This document shows, in pieces, positions 26,201 to 39,350 of a stretch of DNA of 64,000 nt. The stretch spans positions 72,168,001-72,232,000 of the forward strand of contig OX597828.1 of assembly GCA_951406725.2 (NCBI GenBank). The letters are read 5' to 3'. How positions within the stretch are numbered: position 1 is the first letter of the stretch; the number at the start of each line of letters is the position of its first letter. The position numbers were made by a program, and so were the translations under genes. The notes beneath the pieces were generated by a model. That model was given only the letters and a program-made list of their open reading frames with translations, did not search any database and had not been told where the DNA came from. Origin of the DNA: Octopus vulgaris. Lineage: Eukaryota.

Positions 26201-26324
26201 TTGACCATCTGAAGGCTGACCAGTGGCATTGTGTCCGTGTACTGAGAGGCTGAGTACAATGTACTTTGACTGCACCTTTTCTGCCTATGTGTATCTCGGC
26301 ATATTTACTAGGCTGAAAATGTAT

Positions 26325-26743
26325 ACTCTTTACTCTTTTACTCTTTTACTTGTTTCAGTCATTTGACTGCGGCCATGCTGGAGCACCGCCTTTAGTCGAG
26401 CAAATCGACCCCGGGACCTATTCTTTGTAAGCCCAGTACTTATTCTATCGGTCTCTTTTGCCGAACCGCTAAGTGACGGGGACGTAAACACACCAGCATC
26501 GGTTGTCAAGCAATGCTAGGGGGACAAACACAGACACACAAACATATACACACACACTTATATATATATATATATATACATATATACAACAGGCTTCTTT
26601 CAGTTTCCATCTACCAAATCCACTCACAAAGCATTGGTCAGCCCGGGGCTATAGCAGAAGACACTTGCCCAAGATGCCACGCAGTGGGACTGAACCTGGA
26701 ACCATGTGGTTGGTTAGCAAGCTACTTACCACACAGCCACTCC
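26325..26743 (-). mobile_element. Full-length family A SINE (tRNA head, CORE-like domain, internal TA/TG tract, tail ending AGTAAAAG repeats)
   Basis: Near-identical to 21198-21562(+) and 28128-28550(+). A and B boxes present. Confidence 0.85.
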
Positions 26744-28127
26744 TGTGCCTATGTCTTCAGTTTGTTTTTTGGTTTTTTTTTCATGATGTTGGTCGGCTCA
26801 AAAAGAGCTAATTAGTGCTATTAAACAACATCAATCAACATTAGCAGCAATGGCACCACCACCACCACCACCACCACTTAATCCCGATTCAAGGTCTTTA
26901 TCAATAAAGATTTCGGCAACCATTCCTTTTTATGGGATTATTTCCTTCCAACAGGAAGCAATCGTCTGAAGAAACCAAAGAAAACATGAATCTGTTTTTC
27001 TTTTCATTTTGTGTTTGTTGTTTTGTTAACGATATTTTGTTCTTTTAATTAAAGCTAAATAAATGCTGCTATAAGTTTATAAAATTACTTGAAATAATGA
27101 ATTCTTTGTATGCTAAAAAAAAAAAAAAATGATGCAAAAAAATAGAATAAACTAAAACTGAGCAAGGATTATATCCGTGGATGGCTTTGTTAATCTCTCT
27201 GGATTAGCGAAGTCTTTACGTCAGCAAAACTGATTATTTGCTTGAAAAAACTTGCTTCTGGCATTAAATAGAAATTGAGAAATGTCGGCGCCTTTATTGC
27301 AGTTGAGGAACTGGTTAATCTGAAAAAGGCTAACAGATAGGTGAAGTAAGGGCCAAAAATGGAAGGGCTCTTGATTTTAAGGTCTGCAGCACACTTTAAA
27401 ATCCTTCCTCACCATCATCGTTGTAATGATATATCCTTGGGCTAGGCATTGGTATAGAGAGCTTTTGGTTTGGTTAAGCTGATGTCAAAGGTTCAACTCC
27501 ATGACTCATTCAAGAAAAAGACGATAAAGAAAACAACAAAAAGTGAACAAACAAAACCAAAAAAAATTACTGTTGCTAATTATAACTGGAGACATATTGT
27601 TTGGGGTTTGTATCAGATATTGTCTTCTGTGAGAACATTATGTCTCTTGTTTGTGCCACCACTACCACCACCACCACCATCACCACCAACACCACCATCA
27701 TAATCATCATCATCATAACTATATAGACCACCATTGCCCAGTTTATGAATTATAATTACTTCAATTATCAGGTTCTTAATGAAAACTTATAAATCAATGT
27801 GTTTCTCTGTCTTTCTTTTCTTCCATTCCTCTTGTAATCTTTCCTCCTTTCTTCCTTTTTCTACTTATGGTGACTCAACCACTTTTCCTGATCATTGAAA
27901 GAGATATATCTAACGTTCGCTGTTCAAATGAAATCTTTTATCTGCTCTCTGTATCATATTTACAGTTTTCCTACTTACAACTACCTCGCTTAGTTTCTTA
28001 AACAATTCGCTCTGAATATCTGGTTTCTGGCGGCCTCTTCTGAGTGTCCTAACTCACTGGACATGTATTTTGGACTTCTAATTGCTGGCGTCTTTAAATG
28101 AACGAGCTGACTGGACATCTAGCCACG

Positions 28128-28292
28128 GGCATGGCTGTGTGGTAAAAACTTTGCCTCCCAACCACATGGTTCTTGGTTCAGTCCCACTGCGTGGCGCCTT
28201 GGGCAAGTGTCTTCTACTATAGCTTCGGGCTTACCAAAGCCTTCTGAGTGGATTTGGTAGATGGAAACTGAAAGAAGTCCATCGTATATATG

Positions 28293-28349
<57 letters not shown>

Positions 28350-28541
28350 GTATGTGTCTGTATTTGTCCTCCCAACATCGGTTGACAACTAACGGTGGTG
28401 TGTTTACGTCCCCGTATCTTAGCGGTTCGGCAAAAGAGGCCGATAGAATAAATACTAAGCTTCCAAAGAATAAGTCCTGGGGTTGATTTGCTCGACTAAA
28501 GGTGGTGCTCCAGCATGGCTGCAGTCAAATGACTGAAACAA

Positions 28542-28550
<9 letters not shown>
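28128..28550 (+). mobile_element. Full-length family A SINE
   Basis: GGCATGGCTGTGTGGTAA...GGTTCAGTCCCACTGCGTGGCGCCTTGGGCAAGTGTC...GGCTGCAGTCAAATGACTGAAACAAGTAAAAGAG. Confidence 0.85.
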
Positions 28551-28577
<27 letters not shown>

Positions 28578-30978
28578 ATTAGCCAGAAAAATCTGCAGTG
28601 TACTGTGAGTGCACAATAGGTGAACCGCGACATGGCGAGGAATTACTGTATGGTTATGTTTTCTTTTTGAACAATTTGTAAATTTATAAACATTTATCAT
28701 TAGTTGTTTCTAAATAAAATGATTTGTCCTATATTTGACCTTATCTAACAGGTACTGACAAATCTAGCCACACTCACACACTCCCTCTCTCTCTCTCTCT
28801 CACTCAAAATTACAATATTTTCCTTTCTATACAAAATGGTTTGCTGTCCTGTGTCAATGTTCTAAATTTTGTCCAAAATATTTCCTACCTGCTGGACAAT
28901 ACACCAGCTACCTGTACATTACAACCTTTGTTATTTTTGCTTTGTATAGATTTTTATAATCTTAGTTTATATCTGAACTCTGTGTACACAGCCTAATTGT
29001 ATCGGTTAAACCACTTCTTCTAATGCTTGCCCCTTAATCTTTAGCATTGCCTGGATACAGTTTCTCAGAATTATATCAACAAAGTCGTTAACAGTGTTAA
29101 TTGCTACAAACCTATCAGCTTTGATGTATATCTCCATACCATCAAAGTGACTTCTGATAGCAGTGATTGTCATCCTCACTTCTTCGATGTGTTTCTAAAG
29201 GCAAGTGTTACCTGTGTATAGGCAGGTGTTGCCTATATATATATATATATATATATACATACATATATATACAGGTGTTATCTCTGTATAGGCAGGTATT
29301 ACCCATGTATAGGCAGGTATTGCCCTAGTACTCAAGCTTGATTTAATCAGGAGTGGTTAGAGTAATGATCTGCAAATTTCCGTACTGAACCCTGAATGAA
29401 AGCCCCCAACTCTCATATTGTGATAAGATTTTCCATTCATTAAAACCTTTCGACTAGTATGGATCATCATTTCTAAGAAATCTAATAAACCTTTTTTGCA
29501 TTTTACCGTCAGGTACTTAACATTCCTCTGTTTTATTATCGTTATAAAACTTTGTGATATTTGATATCATTTGTTTTGTTTTATTTTATGATTAAAAGTC
29601 TCCTGGGTCGGTGGCAGTTGGTGGTGGCTGTGGCGGCAGTGGTGGGGGTTTCTAATGCAGGTTAAAGTCAATAACTAGTTTAAGTTATTAAACTTTCCTT
29701 TAATTTCTCACTCTTTCCCATCCTGGTGTTGTAAAATATTCCCCCCAACAAACTGGCTTTTGTATTCCTTTCAATGTCTGTGACCCATCTTTGTATTTAG
29801 GTTCCGAATGCCTTTAAAATGGATGTTTGAAATTCCTGTTTTCCAAATTGTCAAAATGAACAGAACTATTAAATGTAATTTTCATGCCATTCTCTGATTG
29901 GTTAATTCTCAAATTGTCTTTGAATGATTATGATATTCTACACCTGACTGCTGTTGAGATTGAACTGATGAAATACGGTTGCATGCAGGCATTCATCTCT
30001 CATCTTTAGTTGTAATATACAAGGGTTCATGTGGACAATTGTATAACTGGGTCATTCTTAGGAAAATAAAACCAAAATAGATTTTCATATAATTTTTAGA
30101 ATGCTCAGAAAAGTGACTATATACTTGTAAAGGTATGTCAAAATGGTTCACTTCTTGACCTAGCATTGATATTAGGGAAGTTTCTTGGAAATCTACACTC
30201 TTTGGAAGATAGAGAAAACATTTGTCTTGAACGTGTATCTATCTTTGTTGCACACATCACACCAGGTGAATGAGAATTGTGACCACAGACTTTGATGTCC
30301 AGGAAATTCTTTAGCATATTTTTTGAGGTTCAAGGTCAATGTAAATAAACATCGTGGGACTTTTTATGCTGCTCTGAAGAAATTCAGAGAAGTTAGTGGA
30401 TATTTTCAGGTGAAAAATGTTATTTTGTGCAATGTCATGTATGCTACACTTTTTAGATGCTTTGTATATGAATCCATTATGTTTACATTGATGTATTCGT
30501 ATAGGAAATGTTGTAACTTTCAGGGCTGGCTCTAAATTTGGAAAATCTGTGGAGATATACTTATGGCTTAGATATTTCGTAATTTGTGGTTGACTGTCAC
30601 GTACGTCACGCAAGAATGATCCAAGTGTAATCTTGTTTGTGTGTGCGTGTGTGTGTGATAGACGATGTGGTTGATGTTGTTGTTTACCTGTGTCACCTTC
30701 GTTGGAGTACACCTGTGATCAAAGGCTTCCATCTATGACCATCCTAGCTTTCTTTCTCTCTCTCTCTTTTTTGCTTCGTTTTGTTGTGGGACTACATTAC
30801 GTATTGTGTGAGTCGTTCCCATTTTTAAGACAGTGGAGCCAGTTTGAGGGAGATTTGGCTGGTGTTTCTTGCAGGTCCTGTAGAGGCCTCGTAGCAGTTT
30901 CCTTTGGTTGACTCATGTGAAATGATAATTAGAGGAGAGTGTCATATAAGAAACAAATAGCAATTAATATTTAATTAT

Positions 30979-31013
<35 letters not shown>

Positions 31014-31019
31014 GATTGG

Positions 31020-31803
31020 TGTAGGTGGTAAATTGGAAGATCCAAAATGCTTAGTGGCATTTCTTCTGCTTTACGTTCTGGGTTCAAATTCTGCTGGGGT
31101 CCAGTTTTCCTTTCATCCTTTCAGGAGTCGTTACTATAAATACCTGTTGAATACTGGGGGGGGGGGTCGATATAATCAACTCATCTCCTTATTCTGAGAT
31201 TACTGGCCTTGTGCCAAAATGTGAAACCGATATTTCTTCCAGCTTTCTATGTTCTGATTTCAAACACTGCTGAGGTCAACAAAGTACTAGTTAAGTACTG
31301 GGGTCGACATTACGGAGTCACCCCTTTCCCTGAAAACTGCTCACCCTCTGCTTAAAAGTGAGACCCTTAATGGGTGAGACCCTTAATGGAATTTCATCTA
31401 TCTTTTTGTGCTGGGTTCAAATTCTACCAAGGTTGACATTGCCTTTCATCCTTTCAGGGTCAATAAAATAAGTACCAGTTAAACACTGGGGTTGATGTAC
31501 TCGACTTATCCCCTCCCCCAGAATTGCTGGCTTTGTGTCATAATTTGAAACCATTATTATTATTATTAATACTAATATTATTATTATCAAGGCAGCAAAC
31601 TGGCAGAATCGTTAGCACGCTGGATGAAATGCTTAGTGGTATTTCACCTGCTGCTACGTTCTGAGTTCAAATTCCACCGAGGTCAACTTTGCTTTTCATC
31701 CTTTTGGGGTCAATAAATTGAGTACGAGTGAAACACCGGGGTCAATGTAATCAACTAGTCCTCTCCTCCCAAATTTCAAGGCCTTGTGCCTATGATAGAA
31801 ATG

Positions 31804-31844
<41 letters not shown>

Positions 31845-32960
31845 GGTGGTGAGCTGGCAGAACTGTTAGCATGCCAGCTGAAATGCTTTGCGGTATTTCG
31901 TCTGTCTTTACATTCTGAGTTCAAATTCTGCCGGGGTCAACTTTGCCTTTCATCCTTTCGGGGTTGATAAATTAAGTATCAGTGAAACACTGGGGTCGAT
32001 GAAATTGACTTGTCCGCTCCCTCAAATTTTCAGGCCTTGTGCCTTTAGTAGAAAGGATTATTATTATTATTATTATTGAAAGCTCATGGCCTTAGTGATT
32101 AAGGTGTTGCACTCACGATCGCAATATCATGGTTTCATTTCCTGGACTGGGTGGTGCATTGTGCTCTTGAGCAAAACACTTCATTTCACGTCCCTCTGCA
32201 ATCACTTTGACACCTGACGACGCATGGCACACTGTGCATGTGTTCAGGTAATGTCGATTTGATGAAGCAAGTAAAAGCTGTTGTGCAACTCATAAGCAAA
32301 TTATTTGTGCAGATTGTTTGGCAAAAGAAGTTGAACACTCGTTATGTTGTCTTCAACAGGAGAGTCCATCGTTATTATTATTATTATTTTACTTGGCGAG
32401 CTGGCAGAGTTGTTAGTGTGCCAGGCAAAAAGCTTAGTGGCATGTTGTCCACCTTTACGTTCTGAGTTCAAATTCCACTGAGGTCCACTTTGCCTTTCAT
32501 CCTTTCAGGGTTGATAAAATAAGTACCAGTTACGCACTGGGGTCAATGTAATTGACTAGTCCCCCCACTTGAATTTCAGGCCTTGTCTACAGTAGAAAGG
32601 ATTATTATTATTATTACCTCTGCTTTAGTGAAGGTAAAGGTATTGTTTTCAGTTGTGTTTGTTTGTTTGTTTGTGGACAAGATATCCCAAGAACTGCTGG
32701 AGGGATTCTGATGAAACTTTCGGGGATGTTTGGCCTTGTGACTGGCACAAACTGATTAGATTTGGGGATTGATCTGGTACCAGGCAAGGGTTCTGGATTA
32801 TTTTTCTTGTTTTTTTTTTTTACTTAATTCTTGAGATTGGTCTGGTTCAATTTTAGTATTCTTGTTTGTGAGAGCAGATTTCAGATATTCTCATTTTAAA
32901 AATCCTCTCTGGCTAATCGTTGCTGTTGCTTTGCTGGAGATTTGTGCACTCTGAATGCTC

Positions 32961-32998
<38 letters not shown>

Positions 32999-33230
32999 GT
33001 AGGCTGCAAGCTGGCAGAATCGTTAGCACTCTTGCCAAAATGCTTAGCGGCATTTCATCCATCTTTACGTTCTGAGTTCAAATTCTATCTGAGGTTGACT
33101 TTGCCTTTTATCCTTTCAGGGTCAATAAATTAAGTACCAGTGAAACACTGGGGTCGATGTAATCAACCAGTCCCCCTCCCCACAAATTCCAAGCCTTGTG
33201 CTTCCAGTAGAAAGGATTATTATTATTATT
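31020..33230 (+). mobile_element. Head-to-tail cluster of about 7 family B SINEs (Meta-domain-like) separated by (ATT)n
   Basis: Repeated GGCGAGCTGGCAGAATCGTTAGCA...GAGTTCAAATTC...GCCTTTCATCCTTTCGGGGTCGATAAATTAAGTACCAG. The central segment resembles the MetaSINE domain. Confidence 0.8.
32614..32965 (+). mobile_element. Helentron-associated non-autonomous element (HINE/DINE-like)
   Basis: Starts TTACCTCTGC, has an internal (GTTT)n tract and ATTCTGATGAAACTT, and ends GCTGGAGATTTGTGCACTCTGAATGC (sub-TIR plus 3' hairpin) in a T-rich site. Confidence 0.6.
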
Positions 33231-34718
33231 ATTATTACAACGACCACTGTTGCTATAACCTATTGTTGAAAAGCTATGTTGGACTGGGGTTGATGCTAGA
33301 AGATCAATATGTATCAATAATATAATTCAGTGATCAGTAAAGGTAGGGAGTGGTCCAGTTATTGTTGAATTTATTGATTTTAACAATTTTAGATTTTCAG
33401 TTTAGAGAGAAAAATTTATAAGAAAATTATGTAAAATTTAAATATTTTTTCAGTTAAAAAATGTATATTAATCAGAAATTAAAAATGTATGTGGAGAGTA
33501 ATTTTTCTTAATTAATCAACAGGATGATTAATTAATTAATCCACAAATATTTATTATATTTTATAAAAAGTGGACTCCAAAATCAAATGCTGGCTCTCTC
33601 TCTCTCTCTCTCTCTCTACTTTGAAAGAAGCTTGTCACCTTAGTGTGTGCGTGTGTGTGTGTGTGTTTGTGTGTGTGTAAATGTGTCTGTTTGTGTGTTG
33701 GCTTGTAAGTATAAATGTGTCTTTGCATGAGTGTGTATGTGTTGGCGTGTGTGTGTGTGTGTGTGTGTAAATGTGTCTTTGAGTGTGTGTGTGTGTGTGT
33801 GTGCTGTGTGTTGAGATGAGTCATCCTCTGTTAACTGCTACTGTTCATTTTATAGTGCTGCTGCTGCTGCTGCTGGTGGTGGTGGTGGTATTGGTGGTGG
33901 TGGTGGCGGCATCAGCAGCAGCCAACTTGGGGTACCAGCTGTTTTGTTGTTAGTTGCTACTGAAAGCTTTTCAATCCATGTACATAGTCTTAATCATTTC
34001 CTTTTCCTCACCTTTCTCTCTACACCTCCCACCTCACCCCACCACTCTCTCTCTCTCTCTCTCTACTGCCTGCTCTCTTTCTCTGCACTCCCCCCCTCTC
34101 TTTCTACCATTTGCTTCTCTCACTCTTTCTACCTTTCGCCACCTCTTACCCTCCCTCCCTCCCTTTGTCAGCCTATAATCTCACATTTCTCTCCGCCTCA
34201 CTTCCTCTCTCTCTCCCTCTCCCCTTCTTCCCCTTCCTCTCCTCAATTCAGTCATTTTTCAAAAACTCTGATCAATGACATTTCAAAACTTCCAGTTCCA
34301 AGTGTTTTGTCATTTTTCTTTCTCCCCCTTTTCATTATTCCATCGAAATCTATAGAATGTTACCAAGTCTCTCCTGCCAAATACCTACCTCTGTGTACCT
34401 CAGAGATGCTGGCAAGAAGTGTATAGGCATCCGTCTGCCTCACATGCATCCAGACACCATCTACACTCTTTGTGTATACATCCATGTCTAAGCCTGTCAC
34501 ATACGCACATTTACAAATGATGTCCTGTATTTGTAAATTTGGAATTTTATTTTCTTACCAAACCGAGCAGATTCATAAGAAAATTTTAACGGATATTTTT
34601 AATGATTACATTTCGTTACACTAATTAGCAATAATAAATAGCCAGGTAAGTGTAATTAAAGCCCCCCAACTTTTTCTTTTTTTTTTTTTTGGAGGGGGAG
34701 TTATTATCATCATCATCA

Positions 34719-34762
<44 letters not shown>

Positions 34763-34927
34763 GTTGTTCTTATGTTGCGTACCGATTGCGTCTCCTTAGG
34801 TGTGAAATAGAAACTCTTTTTAAAAAGTCGATCACTTTGTTATTAGCGGTAATATTGCAATAAGGAATAGTTGGACACACAAGACTGTGCGTGTGTCTGT
34901 CTGTGTGCACACACACACACACAACTC

Positions 34928-34996
<69 letters not shown>

Positions 34997-35061
34997 GAAC
35001 CGATATATCAATTGATATATATATATTTATTTATATAACACAGATTTATCTCTATCTCTGT

Positions 35062-35101
<40 letters not shown>

Positions 35102-35145
35102 CAGATCTATCTATTTATTTGTGTTTGTGTGAGTATGTATATATG

Positions 35146-35187
<42 letters not shown>

Positions 35188-35465
35188 CATATATGTATAC
35201 ACACACACACACATGCACCCATACGTATGGCTGTTGTTATTTCTTGTCCTTTTCTCATCTCGCATTTGTCTCGTCCAGGTGTCTGCTGCTTCTTCTTCAC
35301 ATGCATGTGTATGCACATGCATGCATGCACACCTGCGTGCATTCTTACATACCTGCACGTCTGCATGTACACGTACTGGCACCTGAAACTTTTAATGCTG
35401 TCATGCGTTCGGTTTCACAAATACGTTTACATTACGTAAAGATTGATTTGTTGTGGTGGCATCTC

Positions 35466-35496
<31 letters not shown>

Positions 35497-35594
35497 CACA
35501 TGCTCTCCTGTATGTGTATGTATGTACATATGCACACACACACACGTATTTGTATATATGTATTTATGTATATTTATATATATATATATATATG

Positions 35595-35730
35595 TTATTC
35601 TTAAACAAGACCAGTGTGAACAGTGGCTTTGAAGTTTTGGCCAGTTAAGCCATCATCAAGCAGTCCGACAGTGGCTTACCTGGCCAAGACTTCAAAGTCA
35701 CTGTCAAAAATAGTCTTGTTTAAAGAATAA
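35595..35730. repeat. Imperfect inverted repeat (~60-bp arms) in (TA)n, with degenerate hammerhead-like cores
   Basis: TTATTCTTAAACAAGAC...GGCCAGTTAAGCCA pairs with TGGCTTACCTGGCC...GTCTTGTTTAAAGAATAA. Confidence 0.8.
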
Positions 35731-36016
35731 TGAATTATTATTCCATTCCAATTGTTTTTATTATGAATGAACATACAAACAACCATTAACATAATATATA
35801 TATATATATATATATATTTCTTTATTACCCACAGGGGGCTAAACACAGAGGGGACAAACGAAGGGATTAAGTCGATTACATCGACCCCTGGTACTTATTT
35901 AATCGACCCTGAAAGGATGGAAGGCAAAGCGGAATTTGAACTCAGAATGTAACGGCAGACAAAATACCGCTGAGTATTTTGCCTGGCGTGCTAACGATTC
36001 TGCCAGCTCACCACCT

Positions 36017-36066
<50 letters not shown>

Positions 36067-36307
36067 GTATGTATGTATGTATGTATGTATACACACACAC
36101 ACACATGCTGGCATCTCAAAAGTAGTTAGACCCTATTCATTATACGGGTTTATTTGTGTTAGAATCACTCCTTGATACAATGCCTAAACACGTTAAATGA
36201 TTAACAACAACACAAGGCTTCTCTACTAAATCCTAGATTAAGTATTTAAATACACCAAACAACATTATTTTGGTTCTAGAAATAAACCTTTCAAATATAT
36301 ACAAACA

Positions 36308-36339
<32 letters not shown>

Positions 36340-36340
<1 letters not shown>

Positions 36341-36554
36341 GAGAGGCTGCTGAAAAGTTCCTGGCTTTGGGTAAAAGAAAATACAGGAGGATCAGTTAGT
36401 TATGATTTTATTTAAAATATTCCCCTCTCACATTCACACACCTATTCAGTTTTTTTCTAAGCCCCCTAAAAAAAAAAAAGAAAACTTGGAAGGTTGGGTT
36501 TCCAACAAGGCCTTTCATGAAACCCTTAAAGCCGGGAACTTTGCAACATGCCCT

Positions 36555-36557
<3 letters not shown>
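36340..36557 (-). mobile_element. Non-autonomous mariner-like element
   Basis: TIRs TGAGAGGCTGCTGAAAAGTTCCTGGCTTT and AAAGCCGGGAACTTTGCAACATGCCCTTG, flanked by TA. Homologous to 6735-6882. Confidence 0.7.
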
Positions 36558-36625
<68 letters not shown>

Positions 36626-36630
36626 GTGTG

Positions 36631-36704
<74 letters not shown>

Positions 36705-36794
36705 CGGAGAAAACAATTGCAGCGTGGAAGGTGTTTGTAAGCCATTTAAGAAACAAACAAAACCGTTCGATTCACTTCAACATTTAAGTTTAAT

Positions 36795-36843
36795 TTGTCA
36801 AAATATTTTCGTCGCTTTGAAACCGCGACCTGTTCACTGACAA
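36795..36843 (-). ncRNA. Hammerhead ribozyme-like motif, G3-C8 core variant (left arm)
   Basis: UUGUCA-GUGAACA-G-GUCGC(GGUUUCAAA)GCGAC-GAA-AAUAUU-U/UGACAA. Confidence 0.7.
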
Positions 36844-36862
36844 AAATATGCAGCACGGATTA

Positions 36863-36910
36863 TTGTCAGTGAACAGGTCGCGGATTTTAGCGACGAAAAT
36901 ATTTTGACAA
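36863..36910 (+). ncRNA. Hammerhead ribozyme-like motif, G3-C8 core variant (right arm)
   Basis: UUGUCA-GUGAACA-G-GUCGC(GGAUUUUA)GCGAC-GAA-AAUAUU-U/UGACAA: stem I 6 bp, stem II 5 bp, palindromic stem III. Confidence 0.7.
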
Positions 36911-36990
36911 ATTAAACTTAAATGTTGAAGTGAATCGAACGGCTTTTGTGTGTTTCTTAAATGGCTTACAAACACCTTCCACGCTGCAAT

Positions 36991-37040
<50 letters not shown>

Positions 37041-37978
37041 GACTGACCCCAGGAGAGTCTCCAGTAGGGGCTTTGAAACTTGAACTAGCATGGAATCTAA
37101 ATCAAACTATTTTGAACAATATATGTGTGTGTGTGTATTTACACACACATGAATTGTTGATGCTATGAGAACTTAGAAACTTTGAGAGAAGATAAAATAA
37201 TTTTTTTGAGGAAAATGGTGTGTTGTATCTTGAAGCAGATAGAGCTATAAATAATAGCAATGTAGATGTTAGATTAAAAAAAACTGTTTGGATAGAAAAA
37301 GTTGAATGCTGGCTTTGGGACTTGAACCTACATCTCTTAGATGTGTGTACGTATGTATTTACTGCATGTAGATGCGTCTGTCTTGTGTAGATTAATTAGT
37401 TGGCAGACAAAGTTTTTAGAAAGTTATTTTCATCTAGTTTCAAATTCGTTAAAACTTCGTTTATTACAAAATATGTACAACAAATGTTTGCAAATAATTT
37501 TGGAGTGTTTAAATATTCTAAAGATGTGTAACTAATTCTACAAGGGATAAGATGCTACTCCCTTTTGGGTAACTTCCCTGGAAATATTTGAAATCTACTG
37601 AGTGAAAGAAAACATTTTAGAAAAATTCCTTATTTTATTAAATTTATTTTAAAATTATTAGAATCGTTGAAATATTTTGAAGTCAAAATATTTAATATTG
37701 ATCTTTCGTATTTTCTAGAAATCAAGACGAAATTATTATTGATAGAAATTTGTAATTAGGATTTAGGGTAGGGTGGGGTGGATTTGATAAGCTGTTACTT
37801 TTAATTGACATAATTTATAATTGTTAATGAGGCTTTCATTAGCCTAAATTTTGGGATTAGTCTCTCTCCTGTCTATAAACTATATTTTAATTTTGCTGCC
37901 AAACACACACACATACACCTGCACACACACACACACACATGCATACCCACATAAACATCTCTCTCTATCTCTCCCTCC

Positions 37979-38014
<36 letters not shown>

Positions 38015-38068
38015 ATGTATGTATATAGATATATATATATATATATGTATGTATATGTATGTATATAG

Positions 38069-38104
<36 letters not shown>

Positions 38105-38236
38105 ATGTATGTATATAGATATATATGTATGTATATGTATGTATATAGATATATATGTATGTATATGTATGTATATAGATATCTATATATGTATATATAT
38201 ATAGATATCTATGTATGGACAAGCACTTATATATAT

Positions 38237-38271
<35 letters not shown>

Positions 38272-39178
38272 TTCACCTAAACATACCCCGCATAGTGTAC
38301 AGAGAAGAAAAAATGTTTCAATTGAAACCAAGCCCCACCATATTGGTGACTGAGAGAGTATAAAACATTTCAAAGGTGTACCCCTATTTTAATTCAGTGC
38401 TGTTGTAATGACCCAGACCCTTACCAACCTGCTGACAATTAATGAGATCATCTGTCAGATACTAGATAATGTATATCTGTGTGTGTGTGTGTGTGCAGAG
38501 GGAGAGAGTGGACTGGCTTGAATTGTTGACTAGTCTTGCCTTTACACTGTGTTTCATGGGTTTTTCTTCTCTGTAAACAGATAGATGACAAGTTTCTTTT
38601 GGTACTAAAATACAGGCTTCTTTCACAACTAGAATGGGTAGAGATTCAGTTTTTATAATACTTATTTCTTTACTACCCACAAGGGGCTAAACATAGAGGG
38701 GACAAACAAGGACAGACAAAGGGATTAAGTCGATTACATCGATCCCGGTGTGTAACTGGTACTTACTTAATCGACCCCCCGAAAGGATGAAAGGTAGTCA
38801 ACCTTGGCGGAATTTGAACTCAGAACCTAACGGCAGACGAAATACCACTAAGCATTTTGCCCAGCATACTAATGATTCTGCCAGGTCACCGCCCAGTTTT
38901 TATAATACAATGTTAACTGTAGTTTGTTGTTATGTACTGTATAATGAGTTGTGGTACTGACTGTGTTTAGCTTGTGACACTGACTGTATAGTACACCAGT
39001 TTTCAAGAAGCATTGCCTGATACACACACACACGTATATATGGTTGAGCGGACAAATGAAATAAAAAAGCACTCAACACATTTATTTGGAGTTGCATATT
39101 TTATTATTTAAAGCAGTTTTGAAGTTTTAAGCCAGATGGAACTGGATCAAACTGCTTTAAAAGGTAATATTGATAAGA

Positions 39179-39209
<31 letters not shown>

Positions 39210-39229
39210 TATACATAAGCATAAGTTAA

Positions 39230-39304
39230 TAATACAGGTACAAACCATCAGTCTATGTTATTAATTTTTATAACTGGCAGTGTTTTGGTTTTAATTTTAT
39301 ATAT

Positions 39305-39350
<46 letters not shown>

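Larger units (their letters stand above)
36715..36991. repeat. Foldback element: ~129-bp inverted arms, 19-nt spacer, embedded in (TA)n
   Basis: 36715-36843 is the reverse complement of 36863-36991 with few mismatches. Confidence 0.95.

Noticed and set aside
27150-27350. Non-repetitive CpG-containing segment as a conserved enhancer (also 12600-12780, 63300-63420)
   Set aside because: Only short motifs; no support without cross-species alignment.
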